Source: Octopus vulgaris (lineage: Eukaryota). From it: a stretch of 64,000 nucleotides of DNA. Where the stretch lies: NCBI GenBank assembly GCA_951406725.2, contig OX597824.1, positions 40,486,001 through 40,550,000 on the forward strand, given 5' to 3'. The notes below the pieces were generated by a model. The model saw nothing but the letters and a program-made list of their open reading frames with translations. It searched no databases and had not been told where the DNA came from. The position numbers and the translations under genes are program-made. Shown piece after piece: positions 51,839-64,000 of this stretch (position 1 is the stretch's first letter; each line of letters starts with the position of its first letter).

Positions 51839-53797
51839 TATATATTTAATCCAGGTCTTTACATTCTGTATTCAGATCTTGGCAGGGTCAAGTGTACCTT
51901 TCATTCTATCAGGGTCAATAAAATAAATACCAGTCACATATTGGAGTAAATGGTGTTAACTCCCTTCCCTCAAAACTGTTTGCTTCCAACCTAAATTATA
52001 AACAATTATATATTTATAAATATAACAACCAGCCTGCATTAGATTTCAGTGTACTGTGTGTGTGCGTGTATTTTTGTATGACTTTGAACTGCATCCGATA
52101 GTGGTGTCCTAATTCAGGAGTTCTAAAGGTTTCAAGAATGTGGAACCACCTCTTAGGCACTATTGTTCCTAAGTCTACTCTGACCCAGTGTAGTAGCACA
52201 TGTTAAGGACTGAGAAATGGGTTGACAAACATGTGAACCAATGGGAGTAAAGGGCACCTAATTCCTAGTTAGAACTTCCTTCTTGGAGAAGGTAAACTCA
52301 TATAAAAAAAACCTGAAGGGCAGTTGGTTTCTGGTCATTTCAACTGTTATTGTGCCACTGGTTTTATAACTGATTGCACTGAAATGTGGGTTCAGTGCTG
52401 TGCAACATTTTAATCACTGAAAACTAATTCACATATAGGAACCTTTTGGACTCTTGTAACATTTGCATGAACTTACATGGAGTTTAGGAAGCAGTCTTGC
52501 TCAATCACAAGTTGACTTCCACCATGTATGCATTTATCTATCTATCTATTTAGCTAGCTAACTTAGCTGTCACTTGAAAACAAGTATAACTTGAAAGCTT
52601 GTATCAGACTGTTGTTAGCTATTTTAGGTTCCTATGTAGTTGCAAGGAGACACAGATATCATCTCAGTCCTCCCAACCTCAACCCAGCTGAACATCAAGG
52701 GTATGATTACTGAAGGGAGAAAAAAACCACTCCATTACACAGCTAGTCCTTATTTTCATTTAAGTGGACTGGAGAAACATGAAATGAAATATGCTGCCCA
52801 ATCCAGGAATCAAACCTATGATCTTACAATTATGAGTCTCACACCCCTAACCACTAGGTGACAGGGTTTAACTATTACACATACATATTCATACACATTC
52901 TTCTTCAACATCATCATTATCATTTTGACATCCACTTTTCAATGTTTACATGGGTTGGACAGAATTTTGTTAAAGCAGATTTTCTACAGTTGGATCCCTT
53001 TTTATGTTACCAACACTCGCCTGTTTCCAAATAAGTTAATATTTCCCCATCACCAGACATGCTTTCACAGAAGATTGGGAATGAAGGACATATTTTGCAT
53101 GACAGAAACATTTAACAGCTATCATGTGATGTCAAGGCAAAAAGACAGTAACACACACACACACGAGCTTCTTTCAGTTTCCGTCTACCAAATCCATTCA
53201 CAACTCTTTGCTTGGCTCAGAGCTGTAGCAGAAGACACTTGCCCAAGGTGTCACATAGTGGGATTGAATCCAGAATCATGTGGTTCAGAAGCAAACTTCT
53301 TACCACACAGCAATATTATGTATAAACTAGTGTATGCCAAGCACCGTTGCATTTATATATAATGAAGTATAGAAAAATTCACAATGCCAGACTTTTATGG
53401 AGAATTTTTTTTTTAATTAATACGCTAATTGCATTTAACAGTTGAACATTTTCTAAAAAGATATAGATCTCTTTGGATTTGAGTAAGTTCATATAACAGC
53501 CAAAAAGAGCACTAAATCATATTTGTGTTGTGAATTTCCCCATCTATACAACTACAGCCAACTATACATATATATATACACACACACATACATACAAATA
53601 TTATATGTAGTATTAAACAGTTTAAGTATATATTTATTAAATTTGGTTAAAATTGATAGGTAAGTGTTTGGCCCAATTGGATGGCGCAAGGAGCCGTGTT
53701 AGCATTGATATGTGGGTTCGATTTTGGCTCATCATTTTTCAGCCATTTGTTTGTTTTTTGAAAATTGTCGCTTCAAATTGGAAAATATATATTATTA

Positions 53798-53834
<37 letters not shown>

Positions 53835-54646
53835 TTCTTCCACTGTCTTCAACATATGAAGACCCAACAACCTAGTTATTAGACTACCCACATAGATAAT
53901 TTGTTTTCAGTGCTGAAGGCTTGTGAATGATCAGCCAAGCCTTTTTTGGATATGCTGAGAGCAGAAAGTTGATGGAAATGTTTACCACAAACACAATGTA
54001 CCTCATGCTTTTCTATTAGAATTCTTTATCTTCTGGATTAGTTGCCTTCAAGATTGCTTTAGAGTTCAACCCACCCTGGGCTGATAGGTGAAATTTATAT
54101 CTGGGTACCAGACCAGAAATTTGTAAGTCCTTGTGCATACATATAGATATATGTCATGTCATGTCATTGGATGGCTGTTGACTGTTTTAGGTTCATCCAT
54201 GCTTTGAATCCCAAAGGCATGGTAGGCCTTGCTGATTTTGTCACTGATGGCTGACCATGCAATAGTTTGTACTGGGTTATGTGTTACCAATAGCACTCAA
54301 GAGCAACCACACACACACACATTGTTATACTTGGAAATGGTCATATATTTGGTCTCACTTCAACTTTATTATTATTTTAGTTTCTTTGTCTAAGCTCTTT
54401 AACCAAAAAAAAGACAAACAAAAAAAAACAGAATAATCGGAACAAGAGAAGACATGGGATAAAGAGTTGTTGATGAGGTCACAGGATGTGTGGCAAAAGA
54501 AATTAGACAAAGAAACAAAAATAATAATAAAAACACTGAAGTGAAGACCAAATATATAGTGCATATATCTAATTGGCAAAATACGAACATCTCCAAGTAT
54601 AACAATATGTTTCACATCAGAAATCTTGAAAAACAAATATATAAAC

Positions 54647-54716
<70 letters not shown>

Positions 54717-54993
54717 TTTATAGTGGGAGAGAGATTTTCCTACATTGTTTCCATGACAATAACAAATATAAAAGAAATTATATACTCTGTATTTACAATT
54801 ACAGTTGAGATATATCACCATAGAGATATACCTTTGCATGTTCTTTGTTAATCTGAATGAAATAGAAAAAAATATTTTGATAATTGAATAAAGAAATGTT
54901 GATCACTTGAATTTTCACATAAAATAAAACTCATGAACAAATTTCCATTCCCTTTGAGTTATTCATTTAAAATTGCCATCTGTGTACCATATG

Positions 54994-55059
<66 letters not shown>

Positions 55060-56178
55060 TTATTATATACACTCATACCATTGAAAGGCATGATGCTGTG
55101 GTATTTGTCTAAGAAAAAAGAATCTTTTCAGAGCTGTGTTAAAAAACACAAAAAAGCTGAAAGTCGTGTCTTTCCAGATTATGATTTAAATTTAATGCTG
55201 TTTGAATTGCATTCACCAAGTTTTTTTTATTACATCTTGGTAAGTGACAAACCGGAGCACAGCATTGACAAACCACAAGTAGAGTAAAAAGTGTATGTGA
55301 ATTTTGTATGTTACTTCTGTGATGTTGTATATACATTTAGTATGATACGCAGAGGGCAATTTAAGTTTTCATTAAATTATTCATTTATTTCTTTTATTTT
55401 GTCTTATTCTTTAATAACTGCATGGTTAGGAGTCCAAATCTATTACAGAAGTTATACCTATCAGGTTGTATTCTTGGTATAGCGAGGATTTCAGACTTGA
55501 TGGTAATACTCATTTACAACTAACACATAAACCTACATAATACTTACCTATAATATATATGCTGTATAGTTAAGAAGTTTGCTAGCCATGTATGAGATCT
55601 GAACACCAATTGCATATCACATACAATCAAGAGAAGACTCATGGAGAAATCTACACCATAAATAAACGGATCAAAGAGATGCAAGTTATGCATAGCTGAA
55701 AGATCACTCATTCCTTTTAGATCCAAGAATTCCACTGAAATTTTGAGCAAATGCAAGCACATGGACAAATTTCTTTTGTTGACAGTACCCTCTCTGGATT
55801 GAGTAGCTATCTCACTGACTTAAGTCTCCTCTATTATATTATCCTACACCCATTAGAGTAATTATAATTTCTACCAAGAGGATGAAGATTTTGGTTATTT
55901 TACTTTCTTCTTGTTCAACATTTTTGCATTAACCTTCTTTGCGTTTTCCTTCTTACTTTTTTCTCATGTTTTCAAATAGGTCTGATATGCACTGCGCCTG
56001 AAAGAAGGCGACACATAGCATGTTATGTAGATCTGCCAAACTGTTGTATCTCTACAGTATGAAATTATTAGCTCTCTTTAAAATTCTGTGTATATTAAAT
56101 ATTTATGTCTTAGTGGATGGTGTCCTTTTTTTTTTTTGCTGATCCTATCTGTAACAGAACAGTAAACTATATATATAT

Positions 56179-57300
56179 CTGTATATATAAAAGGCAGGAT
56201 GTGTGTACATGAGTGTGTGTGTGTACGTGAATGTAATTTATGCACATCCACAAATTAGCACGCATGTCGCTCCAATTTTAGGACATTCGTCATGATCCTA
56301 GCTGTATTTTCATCAATTTATTTTTCTCAGAGGCACCAGCGAATAGCAGTAAAAATAAATTTTCAACCAAAACTTTTAACAATTTTCAAGTCGGAGAAAT
56401 CAGCATTGTTTACAAACAGGAGTTAAGTCCCTTTCTAGCGACGAGTAAGTTTTTGTTAAGACTTTTGTTGTTTTTTTTTTCCATCGAGAAAAAAAGTGTT
56501 TTTTTGATATACGGGCGACACACACACACGAACATGTATGCAATAGGTGTACGTACGTGTGTGTGTTGCCCATATATATATATATATATATATTCTTAAG
56601 ACTTAGTTGTGATCTGAACCTAACCGCTTCTGACAGAGAATCAGGAGCCCTTTTTGGCGCTCTATTTTCCTTGCTGGAAGGGTTCCCAACGCATGGGCAA
56701 AGGGGGGTTAGGTGATGGGGGGTGTTTTCAAAGGGCTGGCATGTACTTATGCTGATCAAACTCCCAACCCATGCACTCCCGTCGCGACACTGATTCTGCA
56801 GAACTGGGTTGGGTGTGAAAACCAACTTTAAAATATAAATATAGATGTTTTTGGATCAGCAATATTGTGTCTGGGTAAGTCCTATTTGGGGTGAAAAATC
56901 AATAAACCGATTCCTAATGGAGTTTTCCAATTAATCAGGATAAAAAAAGATAAACCAATTTCTTATGTGATTTCCCAATAAAATTGGCTACACCTCATTT
57001 TTCAACCATAACTTTTACCAATTTTGATGTATTTTGTTCAAACTTGATGCCAGCATTATTTAGGACTCATGGGATCTTTGAATGCTCTAAGTTCTCCAAG
57101 AACGAAAAAAAAAATCGATGAGTGGAAAAAATTGATAAACCAATTCCTTATGGGATTACCCAATCAAGTTGTCTGCAACTCATTTTCAGCCAAAAGTTTA
57201 CCAATTTCAACAGATTTTGCCCAAATTTGACAGCAATGTTACTTAGTTCGGTTTGAAATAAAGAACTTGATTAGCATAATAATCCTAACTTAATCCTGGG
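56179..57300 (+). mobile_element. Possible Helitron-like non-autonomous element with internal repeats
   Basis: 5' tctgtatatataaaggc followed by (TG)n like the 27.5 kb element; three ataaacc(a/g)att..ccaat repeats at ~56902, 56950, 57136; no 3' hairpin or CTAG found. Confidence 0.35.
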
Positions 57301-58007
57301 CACCAAAAGTTTTATATCCACAAAAGCCAAAGACAAAAAAATTATTGGCTGTATAAATATATAGAGAGAATTATGCAAGTGCTTCCTATATAAAGATTCT
57401 CTCCATCTATATATATATATATATATGTATATACAAGACAGATTTCTTTTAGTTTCTGTCTACAAAATCCTCTCATAAGGCTTAGGTTGAGCTCAAGCTA
57501 AAGCAGAAGGTAGTTGTCCAAGGTGCCATGCAGTGGGACTGAAACTGACACCATGTGGTTGAGAAGCAGACTTCTTAACCACACAACCACTCCTGCACCT
57601 ATACACATCACGCTATTGAAAAAAAGTACTTTCTTTGATCCTGGAGCACTCTTATTATTGATACAAGGTTTGAATTTGGGAACTTTTTAGTAGTCTTGAA
57701 TATTATTTATCGTTATTAAAAGATGAAAATATACACACAAAATGTATGTATAGATAGGTGTAGACATGGCTGTGTACTAAGCTTACTTCCCATAATATTA
57801 GTTTCATAATTATGTCCAGCGAATTCCTTTGAACATTAGATGCTTGATGCAACAATTGGGTATAATCTTAAAACAGATATGGGAATATGGTGTAAGGGGG
57901 TCCTTTAGCTGTTATAGATTTCTTTAGATTTATGAATTTTCAGAGATTACGGAGATGTACTTGCATAGCAAGTGACCTGTTCTGAGATCATGTGCTGGAA
58001 CGAAAAC

Positions 58008-58266
58008 AATTGCAGTGTGGAAGGTGTTTATAAGCCATTTAAGAAACACACAAAAACCGTTAGATTCACTTCAACATTTAAATATAATTTGTCAAAATAT
58101 TATTGTCGCTTTGAGATCGCCATCTGTTCACTGACAAAATTCCGTGTTAGGTCGCGGTCTCAAAGCGACGAAAATATTTTGATAAATTAAATTTAAATGT
58201 TGAAGTGAATCTAACAGTCTTTGTGCGTGTCTTGCATGGCTTATAAACACCTTCCACACTGCAATT
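58008..58266. repeat. Long imperfect inverted repeat (~115 bp arms), probably Penelope-like terminal derived
   Basis: aattgcagtgtggaaggtgtttataagcca... pairs with ...tggcttataaacaccttccacactgcaatt; ~24 nt loop. Confidence 0.8.
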
Positions 58267-58978
58267 ATGAATTTTCAGTTGTCCCTAAAAGTTACGTGTT
58301 TTTACCTCAAAATTCATAAGGTAATCCAGCTCCTTTTCCATCAAATTGTTTTTGATTTTGATTTACCAATTTTGTTCATTATTTTTTTTTTTAATCTGCA
58401 TTGGTTTCTAATTTCTTATAGAAATGTTGGCCATCCAGTTGTTTTAAGAGTATTGTTACAGTAGCACCTCCTTTGTCATCTTACACACACACACACATTC
58501 ATCATCATTTAATGTCCACATTCCAAGATGATAAGTGTTGGACTGTTTGACAAGATACAACAGGTACAAGTCTAGCACTGTGCTCCACTGTCTGGTTTGG
58601 TGTGATTTCTATGGCTGGATGTCTTTCATAATGCCAACCACTTTACAGGTAACTTTTTGCAGGTAACCAGCACTAATGAAGTTGCTATGCCACTTGCAAG
58701 ACTATGAACCCAAAAGAAGCAGCTTTATGTTAGGAGATGAGGAGTAAAAGTATGAAAGAAGGGGCTAGAGCAGAAAGGGATTTTTGCTGTGGGAAATCTA
58801 CCTTGAGAAATTCCATCTGAACTTTGTAAGCACCGAAAAGTGGACATTAAAGTGACACTGATAGTAATGATGTATATAGACATGCATCACCTGAAGATGT
58901 TTAGAAATATCCAATCAAAACATTGCATTAGCATCCCTCATAATGCTCATCCTCTTAGGAGAAAGAAGTAAACAATAG

Positions 58979-59213
58979 GTGCGGCGAGCTGGCAGAAACG
59001 TTAACACGCCGACCGAAATGCGTAGCGGTATTTCGTCTGCCATTATGTTCTGAGTTCAAATTCTGCCAAGGTTGACTTTGCCTTTCATCCTTTCGGGGTC
59101 GATAAATTAAGTACCAGTTATGTACTGGGGTCGATATAATTGACTTAATCTCTTTGTCTGTCCTTGTTTGTCCCCTCTATGCTTAGCCCCTTGTGGGCAA
59201 TAAAGAAATAAGA
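58979..59213 (+). mobile_element. SINE family A, young full-length copy
   Basis: gcggcgagctggcagaaacgtt...gagttcaaattc (B-box)...aagtaccagttatgtactggggtcgat...caataaagaaata tail; CpGs retained. Confidence 0.85.
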
Positions 59214-60953
59214 AGTTTGTTTTCCAACCACATTCTCCGGGGTTATATCCCATTGCATGGTACCTTGGGCAAGTGTCTTCTACTATAGCGCTTGGCTGAC
59301 CAAAGACTTATGAGTGGATTTGGTAGGCAGAAACTGAAAGAAGCCTATCATATATGGATGTATGTGTCTTCATGTCTGTGTTTGGCCCCCACCAGATATG
59401 AACAGACACTTAACATCTGGTGTTGGTGTGTTTACATCCTCCACAAGTACCAAGCTTGAAATAAAAATAAGTACTGGGGTCGATTTGTTCAACTAATATT
59501 CTTCAACGCAGTGCCCGAGCATGGCTGCATTCTAATGACTGCAAAAGGTAAAGGGTAATCAAATGAAAGTACCTGGAGAACACTGAGCCATCTGCATTAA
59601 CATCTTCCTTATATAGAATGCAATGAAGTATTGATATGTAACATCTGAAACTATATAAATTCTGATGCAATCATCATCACATAAAAACCAGTTTTCCAAG
59701 TGTCAGATGGAATTTGTTGAGGCAGATATTCTACAGCTGAATGCTCTTCCTGTCACAAACCCTAACCTGCTTCCAAGTAAGGTAATATTTACCTACGGTC
59801 AGATGTTTTTCACAGAAGACTGAGAACAAACATCATTTGTGTGACAGTGAAGCTCATTTATGACCATCATATAATGTCAAGGCAAGTATACACACACACA
59901 ACAGGCTTCTCTCAGTTTCTGTCCACCAAATCCACTTATAAACCTTTGGTTAGTCCAGGGCTAAAATAGAAGGCACTTGCTCAAGCTACCACATAGTAGC
60001 GTTGAACCCAAGACCACATATTTGGAAAGCAAGCTTCTTAAGCTACACAGTAACACAAGCGCAATCACCATCATCATCGTTTAACATCCACCTTCATGCT
60101 GGCATGGGTTGGATGGTTTGACAGGAGCCGGCCAGGTAGAAGACTACACCAGACTATTGCATCTGTTTTGGCATAGTTTTTACAGCTGGATACCCTTCCT
60201 AACACCAACCACCCCACAGAATGGACTGAGTGCTTTTTACATGTCATTAGCACAGTCAATGTCAATTTTGGCATGGTTTTTACAGTTGGATGCCCTTCCA
60301 AATGCCAACCACTTCACAATGTGAACTGGATACTTTTTACGTGGCACCAGCAATATTAGAGTAAAAAGAAAAATAACATGAAAAATGAATAAAAATTAAT
60401 AATATATTTACCATAGGAAAATGCATTTTTCTTTATATGTGATACATAAGTTTGGAAAGGTGTTTATTTATTTTTTGAAGTTATTTTCGTGAAGTAGTGG
60501 GTAATAGAACATGAAGAAAATCAGTTTTAAAATCCTTTAAAATTTTTATGAAGAACAAAAATATTGTGATGATAAAAGAAAATAAAACGGTTTTTTTTAA
60601 ATTTTTGTTTTTTGTTTTGAAATGGTTATGAAAATTTACATGATGAAAGTTAAGTTTCCTAATGCACTACAGGGTTAAGGGGCTCTGCTCTTATGCTGTT
60701 TAGGTCCAAGTAAGAATCTGCATCATCATCTATTTCACCAATCACCGCCCTGAAATACATAAGATAGTTTCAGATTAATTCAATACTACATAACTATTAT
60801 TCTGTGAACAATCATTATATAGAAGACGTAATCATACAGAACAAAATAAATAGATCTACAGTAAAATTAACTTCAGATAAACCCTTTTGTTGCCATATTT
60901 CTGTTAATACACACTGCCTTTGTTTCAATAAATTTTTAAAAGAATGAAGAATA

Positions 60954-61344
60954 GGTGCAGGAGTGGCTGTGAGGTAAGTAGCTTGCTTACCAACCACATG
61001 GTTCCGGGTTCAGTCTCACTGCGTGGCACCTTGGGCAAGTGTCTTCTACTATAGCCTCGGGCCAACCAAAGCCTTGTGAATGGATTTGGTAGATGGAAAC
61101 TGAAAGAAGCCCGTCGTATATATGTATATATATGTGTGTGTGTCCGTGTTTGTCCCCCCAACATCGCTTGACAACCAATGGTGGTGTGTTTACATACCCA
61201 TAACTTAATGGTTCGGCAAAAGAGACCGATAGAATAAGTACTAGGCTTACAAAGAATAAGTCTTGGGGTCGATTTGCTCGAGTAAAGGCGGTGCTCCAGC
61301 ATGGCTGCAGTCAAATGACTGAAACAAGTAAAAGAGTAAAGAGT
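60954..61344 (+). mobile_element. SINE family B, young full-length copy (many older copies, e.g. 37095-37530, 49791-50190, 50392-50550, 57440-57600)
   Basis: A-box tggctgtgaggtaag, B-box ggttcagtctc, internal (TA)/(TG) microsatellite, tail aaacaagtaaaagagt. Confidence 0.85.
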
Positions 61345-64000
61345 AATTTACAAGAAATGCCAACCACCCAGCACAGTGGTTTTCTTTCCTCATTCCTTTA
61401 TTTCAAAGAACATAGGCTCAAAACCTCTGAGACTAATATACCTTGTTTGTTGTTCCTTCACCTGTCTGTCTTCTGTTTTTTTGTACATTTGAACCTTTTT
61501 TATATATGGTCTGGAGGTTGAGGCTGTACCTCTGGCCTTTGAAAGCACACAAACTGATTTTAACATTGGATGGTTAAACTTCTTTAATTTTTATATGGAA
61601 AGAAACTATACTTACACATTGTCACCACGGATTATGTATAGTCCTAATACAACTTGTTCAACTCCAGAAGTAGAGCTAAACACTCTTTCATGGCTTTCAT
61701 CTAAGATTAAGTTAATCGTCTGATCAAAACCTTTCAAAGTACCCTGAAATATAAATACATACTTTATTTAACATGCAATGATGATTACTTGGTTTTTGTA
61801 TTTGGCTTGCAAGATTCTTCTTATTATTATTATGAATCCATGCGGTGAAACAATTTCTTTTGTGTCTTGGGAGAGTCATTATGCCAATAATAATCTTTTC
61901 TGCTCTAGGCACAAGGCCTGAGATTTCGAGGAAGGGAACTAATCATTTACATTGACACCAGTGCTTATTTTATTGACCCTGAAAGGATGAAAAGCAAGGT
62001 CAACCTTGGCGGAATTTTAACTCGGAACATAGAAATGCCACTAAGCATTTCGTCCAGCATGCTAATGATTCTGTGAGCTCACCGCCTCATTAAATCAATA
62101 ATAATAACACAAGCACAGGTTCAATTCCACTTATTTATTGTTAGTCAATTGATTATATATCTAACCAATTAACTATTCGATCTCATTTGTTTAATGTGCT
62201 GGTTAAACAATCAATTGGTTATTTGTTAGTCAAAGCTCTTTTGTCTGCTCCTTTGGAGTGAGAGAAGTCACTAAGTCACTGCAGACCTTGTAACAAGAAG
62301 GGAAATCACTGAATCACTGGAAAGGTTGTGAAGTGACAAAAGAATTTTGATTAACAAAGAACCAATTGATTGTTTAACCAGCACATTAAATCTTTTGTTA
62401 ACATATTTCTCTCTTTAGTGGAAGATTTTAATTCAAAATTTTTGAAAACAAGACATTTGTACTACAGAGCCAGAGGCAGTTTCATCCAGGTTGGTATCAA
62501 AAGGTTAAAACAAATGATTGATTAGTTAGTTTGAAATTTGAACTTGGACATGTTATTATTGTTGGTGTATTGACACCTCCGAGACTCAACAATGGTGATT
62601 AATTTGTCAACAAACATTATTAATATGTTCACGTGAGTAAAGAGAAACACACATAAGGTAATAAATAATGATCAGGAATGAAAAAATCTTATGAAATTAT
62701 TTTTCCTGTGTAAGTGGTTAACACTGAACTCGTAAGTCAAGTTTCCAAATTCTAACCCAGAAAATGGCCTCAATTAATAAAAAGGTGTCCTATTCTTGTG
62801 ACTGAGTGCTGGTTAAGGAGTTGTGAATCTCAGTTTTAAAAATATATATATATGATATGTTGTAGTCGTGCTTCTGCCAAGATTTGAAACTGCCTCACTC
62901 AGAATTCTAGCTTAGAACTTCAGTGTAATTATGATATATTTCTAGTCAGATCAGCTGATGTGTAACCAAGTGAACTGGATTTCACCGGCCGAATAGCCTG
63001 GTCAAACATTCTAGAACTGCCATTGGGGTTATAAAAAGCTGGCAAATTGGAACCCAAGCAAAACAATGCAGAAGGCCATGTTGCTCTGCTCCAGAAGATG
63101 GTTTCTCACTTACTTCCTTACAGAGGTGGTGCTACTTGAAGTTATATCAGTCAGTTTTGTGATACATCATTCTCATTCTTTCTACTTAATTTGTTCTCAA
63201 TAAATATAAACTATCTTCATATTATAATTGAGCATATTATGCATTGAAAACTTATATTCATTCCATTCAATATCTCTTTTATACTGTTCTATTTATTCAA
63301 TTATTGTGTATATGTAAATGCAAATGTTCCAGGTTAGTAAAAACTTATGGGAACTAATACTATTGCTAGTGTGGTCATTATGAAAGCAACACCTAGCCCA
63401 CCAAATGTTATTCATCAATAACTATTTAGCAATCCTTATACTACATTAAAATGTTATGCTGAACATCAGATCAATTTATGCCCGCATACAAAAATGTACC
63501 TAACAGAAAAAGAAAGACAAAAAAATTATTATTTTCATTTTAAATATATTGAGGATTATTAAGAAATAAAATTGCTTTTATCCAATTTCAATAACCATTT
63601 CAATAACTACAGAGTCTACTTACAAGCCCACCAATGAGGGTAGCTCTATGCAGACACTTGTCCTGCTAAAAATAGCAGTCAAATCTTTCTCAACTTTTAC
63701 TACATTATTGTCTTTAAAAAAATCAACTTCACTTATATGCTGTGTCCAATAGTGACTTGTATCTGCATATAAGTGTAATGGGCAGCAAGGGTTGCAATCT
63801 AGTGTTCAAAGAAAACACTGCAAGACTAGTATGGGAATTCAAACCATGGACTCACACACGTGAGTGTGTGTGTGTGTGTGTATATTTAATTAAAACATTG
63901 TCTTACCACAATGATTCGTCCATCAGCAGTCACTATAGACACTGTTTCTTGTAGAATTGTGTTAAGGAATAAAACATGAGACTTTACATAAACAAATATG

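Noticed and set aside
58886-58935. CTGAAGA...AAAA hammerhead-like word
   Set aside because: GAAA is absent and the stems do not pair convincingly.
62940-63140. TATA-like tataaaaag at ~63030 in unique, more GC-rich DNA as a promoter
   Set aside because: TATA words are frequent by chance in AT-rich DNA, and no downstream exon or ORF supports it.

Overview
Eukaryotic, AT-rich, microsatellite- and SINE-dense DNA whose repeat content resembles an octopus (coleoid cephalopod) genome; the taxon is my inference from the repeat families. The only supportable host gene is the 3' half of a spliced + strand PLEKHD1-like coiled-coil gene. I assembled its exons by GT-AG sites and phase continuity: 1868-2049, 4434-4524, 5719-5760, 6953-7103, 11397-11534, then either a terminal exon at 14707-14822 or 30019-30063 plus 38262-38440. 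The rest is intronic or intergenic: several SINE families (some tandem or nested), decayed R4/Dong-like LINE, Penelope-like and mariner fragments, hAT-, pogo- and piggyBac-type MITEs, Helitron-like elements and tandem repeats. The most notable observations are a near-perfect ~350 bp intronic palindrome carrying two inverted minimal hammerhead ribozyme motifs, further hammerhead-like motifs (one with a non-canonical core), an out-of-order phase-compatible exon duplicate, and candidate alternative last exons. Most listed ORFs are microsatellite or repeat artefacts. No prokaryotic systems or CRISPR arrays are evident, and all homology calls are from memory, not database searches.
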